Of a stretch of DNA of 64,000 bases, positions 11,601 through 17,869 are shown piece after piece. A program made the translations under genes and the position numbers. The first letter of the stretch is position 1. The number at the start of each line of letters is the position of its first letter. Below the pieces are notes generated by a model. The model made no database searches and was not told where the DNA came from. It worked only from the letters and a program-made list of their open reading frames with translations. This stretch comes from an uncultured Prevotella sp. (lineage in GTDB: Bacteria > Bacteroidota > Bacteroidia > Bacteroidales > Bacteroidaceae). Where the stretch lies: the NCBI GenBank assembly GCA_947169185.1, contig CAMVOS010000002.1:14080-78079 (forward strand), written 5' to 3'.

Positions 11601-12875
11601 CTTATCCACGTAGATTTCGAACATGTTGCCAAAGTCTTTCTTGTAGCCCGTTGAGGTCCAGGTGAAGACGATGCGGTCTTCCTGCCTATCCACCACGAGG
11701 TTATCCACCGGCACTGTGCGCTTGCAGTCCACTTCCACCATAGCCTTACAGTCATCACGCTGTGTATCCTCACCCCAGAAATTTGATACGTAGTAGACGG
11801 TATATACAGGCTTAGCCTCATTGGTAAAGCCTGTATCGGTATAGGAACGTACGTTCTGGTTGACTGCACCTAACTTCACACCATCGCGATAGACCACCCA
11901 CTTATAGTTGGTATAGCCGTGGGGAGCGGCGCCGCTCCACGACAGGTTCACTTTCTTGTCAGCCTGATTGAACACGCCAGTGAGTTCTGTAGCCTTGAAT
12001 ACGGGCGGATTGATGGTGACGGTTTCACTGACCGTCGTGCTATTGTCGGCATAGGTACTGCCGTTGAGACGAGCCTCTACCTTATATTTTCCCACATTTG
12101 TTGCCGTAGGTACAGCACTTGACCAGCTACCGCTGTTCACCTTGTATTCCAGCGTACCATAGTTAGCATTCGACGGGTTTTTAGTCACAAGATGCTGCGG
12201 CCCGCCTCTGAACGTCAGGTTTGAGGCGAACGTAGGTTTCTCCTTCCATTGTAGCGTCTGCGTGGTGAAGTGCATTTGAACATAGATGTCCTTACCACCT
12301 GCTCCATCGTTAAATTCACATTCCCCGCTGTATGAAGAAGGGGAATTCTTCCAACAAACAGGCCCTGTCGCTCCGTTGTTGTCACCTGTAGTTTTTGTAG
12401 TTGACAGTTCAGAAATGACACGCTTTGTACCACCATAATCACTCAAGCCATGACGGTCTTTTGTGTAATAAATAAAGATGGAACAACCTCCTGCTTTATA
12501 GTTCATGTCACCATTAAAATCATCTTTACTATTATGTTGGCTTTTAAAGTAAGTACGACCACCATCAGTAAAGGACCACGTATCTTTGGTTGATGCAACA
12601 ATTTCGGTGATGTATCCATTCTCCGGATTTGCGTCACTACTGGTCTTATAAGCAAGATAGACGAACCAGCCACCGGCATCATCGTTGAGGTCTTGTTCCA
12701 CAATCGTGTAGCCCAGGTTCTTATATTTTTTTAGCATGTCTTTATAATCTTTCTTAGGGGCTCCGAGGGATATCACCTCGGTGATGTATCCATCGGCCTT
12801 CGCCCCCGCCGCTGCCGTGACAAGCATGACGAGCATGAGGAATAGTCTTTTTAAAGATTTAGTTTTCATAAGCAT
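2658..12875 (-). CDS. Giant (3405 aa) secreted multidomain surface protein: signal peptide, MABP-like beta-prism, FN3/Ig-like domains, LamG domains, GLUG-like insert, T9SS C-terminal domain
   Basis: Signal peptide ending AAAGAKA; three D-[LMF]-N-xxAGG-xx-[IV]-[YF] type repeats; LamG motifs GAIDEFRLW, WHHLALNV and GNIDELRIW; C-terminus WWTLQGFKIGRKPTQPGVYIHHGQKVTIK is typical of Prevotella T9SS cargo. Confidence 0.85.
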   Translation of the reverse strand: MLMKTKSLKRLFLMLVMLVTAAAGAKADGYITEVISLGAPKKDYKDMLKKYKNLGYTIVEQDLNDDAGGWFVYLAYKTSSDANPENGYITEIVASTKDTWSFTDGGRTYFKSQHNSKDDFNGDMNYKAGGCSIFIYYTKDRHGLSDYGGTKRVISELSTTKTTGDNNGATGPVCWKNSPSSYSGECEFNDGAGGKDIYVQMHFTTQTLQWKEKPTFASNLTFRGGPQHLVTKNPSNANYGTLEYKVNSGSWSSAVPTATNVGKYKVEARLNGSTYADNSTTVSETVTINPPVFKATELTGVFNQADKKVNLSWSGAAPHGYTNYKWVVYRDGVKLGAVNQNVRSYTDTGFTNEAKPVYTVYYVSNFWGEDTQRDDCKAMVEVDCKRTVPVDNLVVDRQEDRIVFTWTSTGYKKDFGNMFEIYVDKETAPIITITPTDMQTNFCWEHRTTDQHKNRVNGTDGDNYYTEEPLNVCDPHTYHIKGVIDDKVLNTQTVNNRSIGQGTLFYGLDASKGVYEGAVKLSWHVNLQGSEILKTYIIERRRAEQEDEAWETLTRLSSTDEFLFYTDDTALPGIFYDYRVTVEDKCDDGTIHHNGLSDTGFAKSSGTVTGRIAYGASGVAVKGVDVKMTIADTDVDNNNSGQFHSIYFNDSIGVVRWKYPSKTYIKEKLADGDFSTQFWMYPEELSNSRVMDFGNNVSLSMTSEGGLTFTEGLITIGSTDDWENFAKEVNSGNTSLSAIMVADVQLGSSATLIGNSDHRYSGTFDGNGHTLTVDINLDENYATPFRYVNNATIRNLRVAGSIVSSRSGAGGLIGYSQGVTSISNCIVSATINSTRNYSWHGGFVGDSYNNMTITNSLFNGKMIGTGTIGQMWAGFVSDANDSLSINNCLFAPEELKIDFSTNNATFCHLHFGTLDPNSNNYYTQALKLVQGTSAEGMDQNTLLAKLGSGWTVNNGNLEPKQTSNGSEIMTHRFEGIMLRKNKFNHVVLSRKADSLTVVVLTPDSINNPVIQKASLKLVRGLELEGVTQFEMGHFKGAIDEFRLWTKALTEDDILENYDHLLVGNERDLETYWTFDEGLRTQFFDYSREGTNFHKHHGKVTSNAQSSTVTPGALALRAKTDKDGNYVIQGIPFSGGGTTYSVTPSYGIHEFNPNKSIAFISDESLVHSKTDFEDVSSFPMEGYVYYAGTNIPVEGMQFKIDGELVTGNGELKQTDSNGYYSISVPIGKHYVEATLSGHTMVAGGRFPTEGTFDFDRAVTYDFADSTLVNFVGRVAGGERNDTLAVGFAQSNNNIGMTTITLALNNESFSFNCKDDHITSAASNRPWESDTTAIRSHSWTGTGDFEKYIYIRTDSLTGEFSVLLPPLKYKTKSIRVDNNDDIEFASLPEIDLSSVAKELADSLPQQTAKGDSVWVKYSYNTKKVWTYFAEPQVELWQVGGDGAFGEKEMKNYAVSSVEKVDIKDIWTRENGPVNYTYGFPVFARKEKYTFGVRGFEVYVNKDAGEAVRDIIPLNGLVLTVANEMSDEQAVVAQVTDSALTNLKAGDIYDLKYNQVRLDDEGTNEITFTTGMPSVKYPYTRQFSIEFERNGRTYTGPKVNGVVLGELTNGNNFVTEGPDHVDMVLRDPPGAKSRTTWKTGKSWTEIDYKTRGMYGSEGYHWDFVWGNDNTVSVGEGVQVVTRTTLTNTLVVGETAKWKWTKHNEKTYVYTEAENISTSTGSKYVGANGDLFIGKSHNWIIGTCRKLGFYREGDGVVLDLKEAVSINDSIKTDFVYSALEIKETMIPKLIATRNALLEPVTDSLTAVNSTYDSDKDVYLTWLKRDDPNYGQEGTYVWKPKKSGQSQDMVMHYNQSVLQWKARLSENERDKIEAAKDHDYYKENRSFDGGAAYTYSERRDTTKTATNEHSGSVGLVVENTHKMGFDAGGSLYKSDMIFKVEVGFQGGQVKGDSANNTKTYHEFEYEFNDGNPGTDFTVDIMRSPQGWSDVFLLRGGQSYNPYEDKEYAEYYEPEKKHVISYGTEQMEQPDISISTDGAIGAKSATLTDVPAGGTGQFTLHLTNNTTTNQDVPFAYQVRVKESSNQKGLEVLMDGVPANGRSVPIPAGGTVKKIITVRQTDQSVLDFENVEIMFASQYQPLDIFDKCKLSVHFKPSSSPVDLVVTESVFNNETFAANDSCLVMKLTNFDRQFTNLKNVGVQYRFEGSTAWTDLHTWVTDRADSTSTSFSMLPATGDLRLKLNMGSDLSYPEGQYEFRAFTTTPYGTELVHVYSDVITVVKDLTRPRQLTTPTPTNGILGYGDDIMVEFNEDIVPGYVTDKNVIVTAKLNSQQVVHDVAKQLGGEGEQRTVNPVYMNGDFTLEFWMKWSEAGTILRNGRDRFVLGVTDDGHFEVNIGTAQFISRDVLPKDEWTYVAVNYKESDMTMSALAQSGTSNLTLFKKAPVDSMAIASISYSDDNYIYLGNMKGAMHDLTIYNICRDLVDAAATKYQTKNGYVYGMTNHWAMDEGHGTVAADTRNTHDFIVNQQWLINNVNYALGMEHVQDGSAVEANIAAVNTFAEDSYAIELWHMGKASGAGTESVFETGSKDANRLKLYYDEDKNMVLAYGLKKQTVATTDVAPYGDWHHLALNVVRGQSAVFFVDGKRTAVIAEADMPALTGSRMKLGENSKGNIDELRIWRATLSEKRLLQNMYNTLDTADIYSRGLVAYYPFEKDSVVFGVQTKVFTLKDMALGNSGNDILANTVAQQTELQASVAPPLKNAIAESRLTATPTASDRKVVIRLRNTSGVTASELEGCQLNITLDKVHDMHGNQSEPIRWTAYVRKNTLLWMKDSVTIIKPYGEDYYFDVDIKNLGGNTEYYSLSNMRSWLEVVNLDGTPVETEGTVAPESQKTLRFWVKPLVAVGNYDITVGLQGNQEIMEPLRIVMKVRGEAPDWTVDPGKYENSMSIVGQVYVNSVLMSNSESRLAAFIDNECRGVAEIRPMRGAAYVAMSIYGTAQQNKNGTLVNLDNGKPITFRIWDASKGVVYANVNTTMDGSPVNITFDDSKTYGNFNSPVIFAKSNLMEQELKLKGGWNWISLGVEPKETKTDMVFKDLTPWNVHIKDRSTGIHYCNGTYWDGTLANIHANTMYKMEIKDSPKSRNMEMPSLLPVTGESVKAAETKVTLKKGWNWIAYIPTVSMTLDRSLAGANPQEGDQVKSQQGFAFYGPYGWEGNLDAMESGKGYLYYSVDETTKAFVYPAAPVASNKARAVETNRAPELTMFTPVNPENYPDNMSMVVKLVDDEETVSDAELGAFIDGECRGAATATNGLYYLLIAGEGYGKPMELQVAINSNVIPLVTDITFSSDANIGTPWEPYVIDLSNVLSGINEITVDDNDDDDWWTLQGFKIGRKPTQPGVYIHHGQKVTIKRAK

Positions 12876-12900
12876 ATATCGTTTTTTAGTTATTATCGGA

Positions 12901-13818
12901 TTAGTTCACGGCAATGTCAACCTCGTAATATTTTCCTTCCTTCAGCACGGCCTTCTTCGTACCGGTATAGGTGTTGGTGCCGTCGCTGACGGTGAAGTGG
13001 AAAGTATTCTTGACATCGTCAGGGAACAGAGCTACATAGACCACACCCGTCGGATTTGGATTAGCATCGGGTAGCGAGATGGTGAGCGGTGTGCCAGACG
13101 GGGCATCAGCCGCCACATGGACGTTCGCTATGACATCAGTCATTGATACCTGACCCGTTTGCGGATAACCAGCAGCGCCAGTACTTCCGTAACCAATCTG
13201 CAATGTATTTACGCTGACGGGATTCGCATCTTTCTTAAACGTGAACTTGCATAGCGAGAGCAGTCCTTTCGTATTGCTGATGGTACCCGAGGCAGTGTTG
13301 CCTTCCACCGACGTCACCTCTCCCACTCCATAGACGTAATGGTAGTGGTCGCCAATATCTTCCAGCGTTCCTTTCTGCCCGCTCAAGTCAATGGTGAAAT
13401 AGGGATCGTTGCCCGAAGGCTGCTCGATGGTTCCCACAGTCGGGTAAATCACAGCCAGGTAATCGCCAAGTCCGCAATGTGCATCGCCCGACAGCGAGGC
13501 AGAGGCTCCCACAGGACTTCCCGTCGGGGTGGCGGTAAGCGTGCCGTACCACAATCCCGACTGAGTATTCAGGTTGAAATACGTTGCCTTATCACCTGTT
13601 TCCCATGTGGCGGCATAGGTATCCGGACTAATAGCCACTCTTCTGGACATTGACGCATCGGTGATGGTCAGCTGTCTCATGGCACGTCCGTCGTCAGCCG
13701 GCGGATTGGGGGCAGAGTCGTCGACCGACGAGCAGGAACACAGACCTACGCCCATTGCCAGACAGCTGACGATGAGCATCATCCTCTCTCTCATATTGAG
13801 TCTAATCTTCATATTCAT
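12901..13818 (-). CDS. Fimbrillin-like (type V pilin / Mfa1-like) lipoprotein
   Basis: Lipobox-like GLCSC/SS, Arg site (SRR) followed by the W-x-x-GD motif (TWETGDK), DLSGQKG motif, and C-terminal strand LKEGKYYEVDIAVN. Confidence 0.7.
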   Translation of the reverse strand: MNMKIRLNMRERMMLIVSCLAMGVGLCSCSSVDDSAPNPPADDGRAMRQLTITDASMSRRVAISPDTYAATWETGDKATYFNLNTQSGLWYGTLTATPTGSPVGASASLSGDAHCGLGDYLAVIYPTVGTIEQPSGNDPYFTIDLSGQKGTLEDIGDHYHYVYGVGEVTSVEGNTASGTISNTKGLLSLCKFTFKKDANPVSVNTLQIGYGSTGAAGYPQTGQVSMTDVIANVHVAADAPSGTPLTISLPDANPNPTGVVYVALFPDDVKNTFHFTVSDGTNTYTGTKKAVLKEGKYYEVDIAVN

Positions 13819-13832
13819 ATCGTTTTATTTTT

Positions 13833-13982
13833 TTAGTCACTCCAGCCATCGTTATTTTCCGTGCCGTCGCCACCCTGCGAGTAATCCGGCATGTTCATGA
13901 GTAGTCCCGAGGTATTTAATAATTGTTGCCGTCCGACTATCTTGACGGCCACCATCTGCGGTTTGTAATAATATCGTTTCAT
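13833..13982 (-). CDS. Unannotated 49-aa small protein with a YxxP leader-like N-terminus
   Basis: Manual translation MKRYYYKPQMVAVKIVGRQQLLNTSGLLMNMPDYSQGGDGTENNDGWSD*. It has an A-rich initiation region, lies downstream of TAnnTTTG boxes, and its stop is 14 bp before the fimbrillin ATG. Too short for the ORF track. Confidence 0.75.
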   Translation of the reverse strand: MKRYYYKPQMVAVKIVGRQQLLNTSGLLMNMPDYSQGGDGTENNDGWSD

Positions 13983-14016
13983 GTTCTTGGGTTTTTGTAT
14001 TGAGTATATGATGGTG

Positions 14017-14056
14017 CAAATTTACAGTTTTTTTTTCAAACGGCAATGCAAAAATA
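14017..14056 (-). promoter_or_regulatory. Two tandem -7 promoter boxes upstream of the peptide-fimbrillin-giant protein operon
   Basis: TAAATTTG at 14024-14017 and TATTTTTG at 14056-14049 on the minus strand. Confidence 0.55.
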
Positions 14057-14173
14057 CGAAAAGTTGAGCGAAATTCAAAACAAATATACAGAAAAAGCAA
14101 GCATGAGCACTTGCAGCACGAACACGTAATTCTTTATGGATTATTTTAATCTCCTAGAACCCGCATATTTTCT

Positions 14174-14331
14174 GGTCGTGCTAACGTTGGTTTCGGGTCG
14201 CTCCGACGTCACTTTACGCTTGATCCGCAGTCATCTACGAAGTCTTCCGACGTCACTTTACCCCTGTAAACTGACGTCGGAGCAGTCGCAAAGTGACGCA
14301 TCTACGGGTGGAAGATGACTTTAGCACGACC
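14174..14331. repeat. Structured REP/MITE-like element with 11-bp terminal inverted repeats
   Basis: GGTCGTGCTAA (14174-14184) pairs with TTAGCACGACC (14321-14331). Internally, TCCGACGTCACTTTAC occurs twice and a near-perfect inverted copy (GTAAACTGACGTCGGA) once. Confidence 0.65.
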
Positions 14332-14475
14332 CTAAAGTGCCATACTTTTGTCGCTATATAAGTTGAAAAAGTTGCTCAACTATACCCTCTATACCCCAAA
14401 ACCGTGTAATGCGTTTATAACTAGGAGTTTAGATTGGGGTATAGTTGCTTAAAACTATACCCCAAAGGTACCCTA

Positions 14476-14577
14476 CTATACCCTTGGCGATTCTTTCTTG
14501 AGTCGGAGGTAATAGCCCTGTATGCCGTTGGCTTTTGGCCACTTTAGTTTCTTGATGATAAGTGGCTCTTCACTCTT
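14476..14577 (-). pseudogene. Possible C-terminal remnant of a VapE/primase-helicase-type gene
   Basis: Start-less frame KSEEPLIIKKLKWPKANGIQGYYLRLKKESPRV* ends inside the left arm. Resemblance to VapE C-terminal wing motifs is from memory only. Confidence 0.35.
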
Positions 14578-14750
14578 CTAAAGTAAGCAAACGGCTGTTC
14601 TAAAGTAAGCAGACGGGGAGTACAAAGTAAGAGGAAAGAGTGCGAAACGCCTTTGTGCAGGGACTCCGAAGCCTTCTCGCAACCTTTTGCGTATACGCAA
14701 AAGACCGTGCGCGCATACGCAAAAGACCTTGCGCCTATACGCAAAAACAG
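14576..14750. repeat. Two arrays of 22-bp-period tandem repeats
   Basis: AAAGTAAG-core units start at 14576, 14598 and 14620. ATACGCAAAA occurs at 14693, 14715 and 14737. A perfect 20-bp palindrome CTTTTGCGTATACGCAAAAG lies at 14684-14703. Confidence 0.85.
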
Positions 14751-14927
14751 TCACCATGTTTTTGCATCAGGGTATAGTAGGGTATAGTTAGGGTATAGTT
14801 GCAAGCAACTATACCCTAATTTAAACGTTTGTCTTTGAATGGTTTACAACGAATCAGGGTATAGAGGGTATAGTTGAACGTTTTTTTGGTTCTATATCAA
14901 TTTGGTGGTAATTCGGATGACAAGTAG

Positions 14928-16445
14928 CTAATGCTGTACATGTTGGTGGAAGTAGTCGAAGTGAGCGATGCCGTCGTCGCCATAGCAGAACAGGCCTGTG
15001 CGGATGCCTTTCCAATAACCTGAACGCATGGGGAATGCGTCGCCGGCTTTTTTGAACCGTCGTCCGTCCGTACTGTAGTAGAACTGATGGCGATTCTCTA
15101 TGCAGTCGATTGTCATGCGTAGCCATACCTTGTCATATTTCCCCAGTTTCACGATATGTCGCTGACCATGTGCCTCAATAAAGACGCCCTCCTGACAGAG
15201 GCCGATGCCGCGAAATAACTTGCCGCTACAGAAGAGTCCCGCATAGCAATGGCCTGAGGAAGATACTAATGTGGTGCTCTCACTCTGATAGCCAACGACC
15301 TTCTGCGTGAGCTGATTACGGCATTGTTTCAGACTGTCGGCTGGCAAAGCGTGTAGCGTGAGCCATCCCTTGCGATCGTTGAGGCTCCAATGTGTATCTA
15401 CAGGGTTGTGGTTCCATTGCCATTGCAGGCCGAGGGTAGACCCGAAGTCGTCGGACAGCTGGAGGGCGAAGGGCTCTTTGCTGTTGACGGTTTTTCCGCC
15501 AGTAGCGCTGGCAAAACCAGCACTGGCAACAGGTTCGCCAATGCCGTTGCCGTCGTAGTCGATGCCTATCACGGGCCAGTCGTTCTCCCAATGGGCGGGC
15601 TGCAGATGCACCACACGTCCCAAGACGGGCGTTTCCTGGAAATGATAGAACCACCACTGGCCGTTGGGCGTGTCAACCAATGCCCCCTGATGAGGCCCGT
15701 TGACGTTGGTCGAACCCTGTTCAAGGACCACGCGCCGCTCGTACGGACCGTAGATGCTGCGTGCACGGAGAACGGTCTGCCAGCCCGTGCCGACACCTCC
15801 TTCAGGTATTATCAGATAATAGTAACCATTTCGCTTCAGGAATTTCGTGCCCTCGGCTACGGGGCCTGTATATACCGTCACGCCCTCGTCCAGCAGCTGA
15901 CGGCCATCGGGCGACATGCGGTGTACGATGATGGGGCCTGCACGATGGCGACTACGACCCAGGTAGGCTTGTCCGTCTACATCCCAGAACGGACACGGGT
16001 CCTCCCATTTCTCCACATGTTTCACGCAGTGCAACGGCGCCCAAGGACCGTGTGCGTCCTTGGCGGTCGACATGAACAGACCCTCGTCGGGCGTACAGAA
16101 ATAGACGTAGAACAGGCCGTTGTGATAGCGGATGGCCGGAGCCCACGAACCGCCGGCATAGTGCTGGTTGCTGTCCCAGCCGGGCTCGTCGAAACGATGG
16201 TATATCTGCGACGCATAGCGCCAGTTCACCAAATCTTCCGACTCAAGGACTTGCATGCCGAGAAAGTGGAAGTCGGAGGCCACCATGTAGTATCTATTCC
16301 CCACACGGATCACGTCAGGGTCGCTGAAATCGGCATTCAGCACAGGGTTACGATATGTGCCGTCGCCCTGATCGCCCCAACTGCGGGTCTGGGCATTCAA
16401 GGACAACGATAGCAGGATGAGCAGGCAGGTGAGAGCGTGTTTCAT
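14928..16445 (-). CDS. Glycoside hydrolase family 43 (beta-xylosidase/arabinofuranosidase-like), secreted
   Basis: Signal peptide; motifs NPVLNADFSDPDV, WAPAI, WEDPCPF, AEGTKF and PHQG; C-terminal beta-sandwich (LGLQWQWNHNP). Confidence 0.92.
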   Translation of the reverse strand: MKHALTCLLILLSLSLNAQTRSWGDQGDGTYRNPVLNADFSDPDVIRVGNRYYMVASDFHFLGMQVLESEDLVNWRYASQIYHRFDEPGWDSNQHYAGGSWAPAIRYHNGLFYVYFCTPDEGLFMSTAKDAHGPWAPLHCVKHVEKWEDPCPFWDVDGQAYLGRSRHRAGPIIVHRMSPDGRQLLDEGVTVYTGPVAEGTKFLKRNGYYYLIIPEGGVGTGWQTVLRARSIYGPYERRVVLEQGSTNVNGPHQGALVDTPNGQWWFYHFQETPVLGRVVHLQPAHWENDWPVIGIDYDGNGIGEPVASAGFASATGGKTVNSKEPFALQLSDDFGSTLGLQWQWNHNPVDTHWSLNDRKGWLTLHALPADSLKQCRNQLTQKVVGYQSESTTLVSSSGHCYAGLFCSGKLFRGIGLCQEGVFIEAHGQRHIVKLGKYDKVWLRMTIDCIENRHQFYYSTDGRRFKKAGDAFPMRSGYWKGIRTGLFCYGDDGIAHFDYFHQHVQH

Positions 16446-17869
16446 TGGACGTCTTCCTTTACAAAATCAGGTCTTGCATCCGCCTGTTCCGTATAGACTT
16501 CGACATTGTCGAAGTGGACCGAGCGTGCATGACGGACGTAGAAACCCTTGGCGGGCAGCGGGCCCCACATGGTAGCTTCAGGATATTCAGCGGCCTTCTC
16601 GTCACGCAAGGCCTTGTTAATATCGGACAGTTGTCGCTTCGTCACGCTTCCGTTGTGGTGAATGCTGATGTTACTGATATGTACGTCTTCCACAGGATGG
16701 TCGGGTAGTCCTGTGACGCTGCAGCCGTAGTTGCCGCAGTCTCTCGCGCGTACATTATTTATATATAGGCCACGCATTTGCCCTACAGTCTCTATGCTGT
16801 CGGGCTTCTGACTGCGTGTGGCACCTTCGTTGCCACCTTCCAGACTCTGTGCCACGAAGGCGTCGGCGCCGCTTTTGTTAAATGTCCAGCCGCGACCACG
16901 ATGGGCCAAACGCACGAAGATGGGCGACTCGGTACCGACAATCGTCATACCGTCAACGCTGACGTTTTCCATCAGTCCGCCATCTACAATCTCCAGCGAC
17001 AATGCTGAGGTGCCACGTGGACGTCCGAAGAACTGTGTGCTTTGATCCTCGCTGGGTTTTACCACAATGCCACGAATGGAGATGTTGCGGAATCCGCCAT
17101 TGGTCTCTGTGCCCAGCTTCACCGCATTACAGTGCGACGAAACAATGCAGTTCTCGATGGCAATGTCCTCGCAAAGTCGTGGTGATGTGGACTTCAGCGT
17201 GATGCCGTCATCATCAGAGTCAGCTATCACACCACGAACTATCACATCGTGACAGCCGTCCAAGTCCAGTGCATCGTTGTTGTAGTTGTTGCGATTCGTG
17301 ACCTTGATACCGTCTATTCGTACTCGGTCGCAGGCCAGATAGTGCTGCATCCAGCAACCGCTATTGCGTAGCGTAATGTCGCGTATCACGATGTCGCGAC
17401 TCTGTATGAAGCGTAACAAGTGTGGGCGCGTAATGCCCTCGTCGTTCCACGAAAGCTTGGGGAAAACGCGTCCCTGACCGTCTATCGTTCCGTATCCGTC
17501 AATGACGACGTTCTCTACTGCATCGGCATATATCAGTTGTATGGTTGGCGTATGCGTTCGCAACGACTTGTAACTCGTCGTCATCCGGCGATAGTCCTGC
17601 AAATCAGTTGAACCATAGAGCGTAGCGCCCAGTTCCAGATGCAGGTTGACATTACTGTGCAGTACGATGCTACCAATCTTATACTGGCCAGCAGGTACCA
17701 CTACGCGTCCACCACCGTTAGCTGAGCATTGGTCGATACACTGCTGCAAAACAGCAGTACATAATACCGTCGTATCGCTCTTGGCGCCAAAGTCGGTAAT
17801 GATATAATCGCGGGCTGCTACCGTCAAGCTGACGACGATAAGCAGTCCGCAAGAAAGGAGTCGTCTCAT
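16442..17869 (-). CDS. Glycoside hydrolase family 28 (polygalacturonase-like)
   Basis: Motifs ITDFGA, GTIDGQG, NNDALD, SDDDGITLKS and AVKLGTE. Confidence 0.9.
   Translation of the reverse strand: MRRLLSCGLLIVVSLTVAARDYIITDFGAKSDTTVLCTAVLQQCIDQCSANGGGRVVVPAGQYKIGSIVLHSNVNLHLELGATLYGSTDLQDYRRMTTSYKSLRTHTPTIQLIYADAVENVVIDGYGTIDGQGRVFPKLSWNDEGITRPHLLRFIQSRDIVIRDITLRNSGCWMQHYLACDRVRIDGIKVTNRNNYNNDALDLDGCHDVIVRGVIADSDDDGITLKSTSPRLCEDIAIENCIVSSHCNAVKLGTETNGGFRNISIRGIVVKPSEDQSTQFFGRPRGTSALSLEIVDGGLMENVSVDGMTIVGTESPIFVRLAHRGRGWTFNKSGADAFVAQSLEGGNEGATRSQKPDSIETVGQMRGLYINNVRARDCGNYGCSVTGLPDHPVEDVHISNISIHHNGSVTKRQLSDINKALRDEKAAEYPEATMWGPLPAKGFYVRHARSVHFDNVEVYTEQADARPDFVKEDVQ

Larger units (their letters stand above)
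14355..14897. mobile_element. Miniature element bounded by about 130-bp imperfect inverted arms built from CTATACCC motifs
   Basis: Arm 14355-14484 aligns to the reverse complement of 14769-14897, with six CTATACCC/GGGTATAG motifs per arm (one degenerate in the left arm) in mirrored order. Mobility is inferred, not shown. Confidence 0.6.

Noticed and set aside
13852-14100. 82-aa ORF from the track
   Set aside because: It runs through promoter DNA; the overlapping 49-aa frame at 13833-13982 has a better start context and a recognisable motif.
14136-14744. ORFs 14136-14318 and 14544-14744
   Set aside because: Translations of repeat DNA with no protein-like features.
14576-14750. Possible CRISPR array
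   Set aside because: Units are contiguous 22-bp tandem repeats without unique spacers, and no cas genes are present.
15390-16412. 340-aa + strand ORF
   Set aside because: Antisense to the well-supported GH43 gene.
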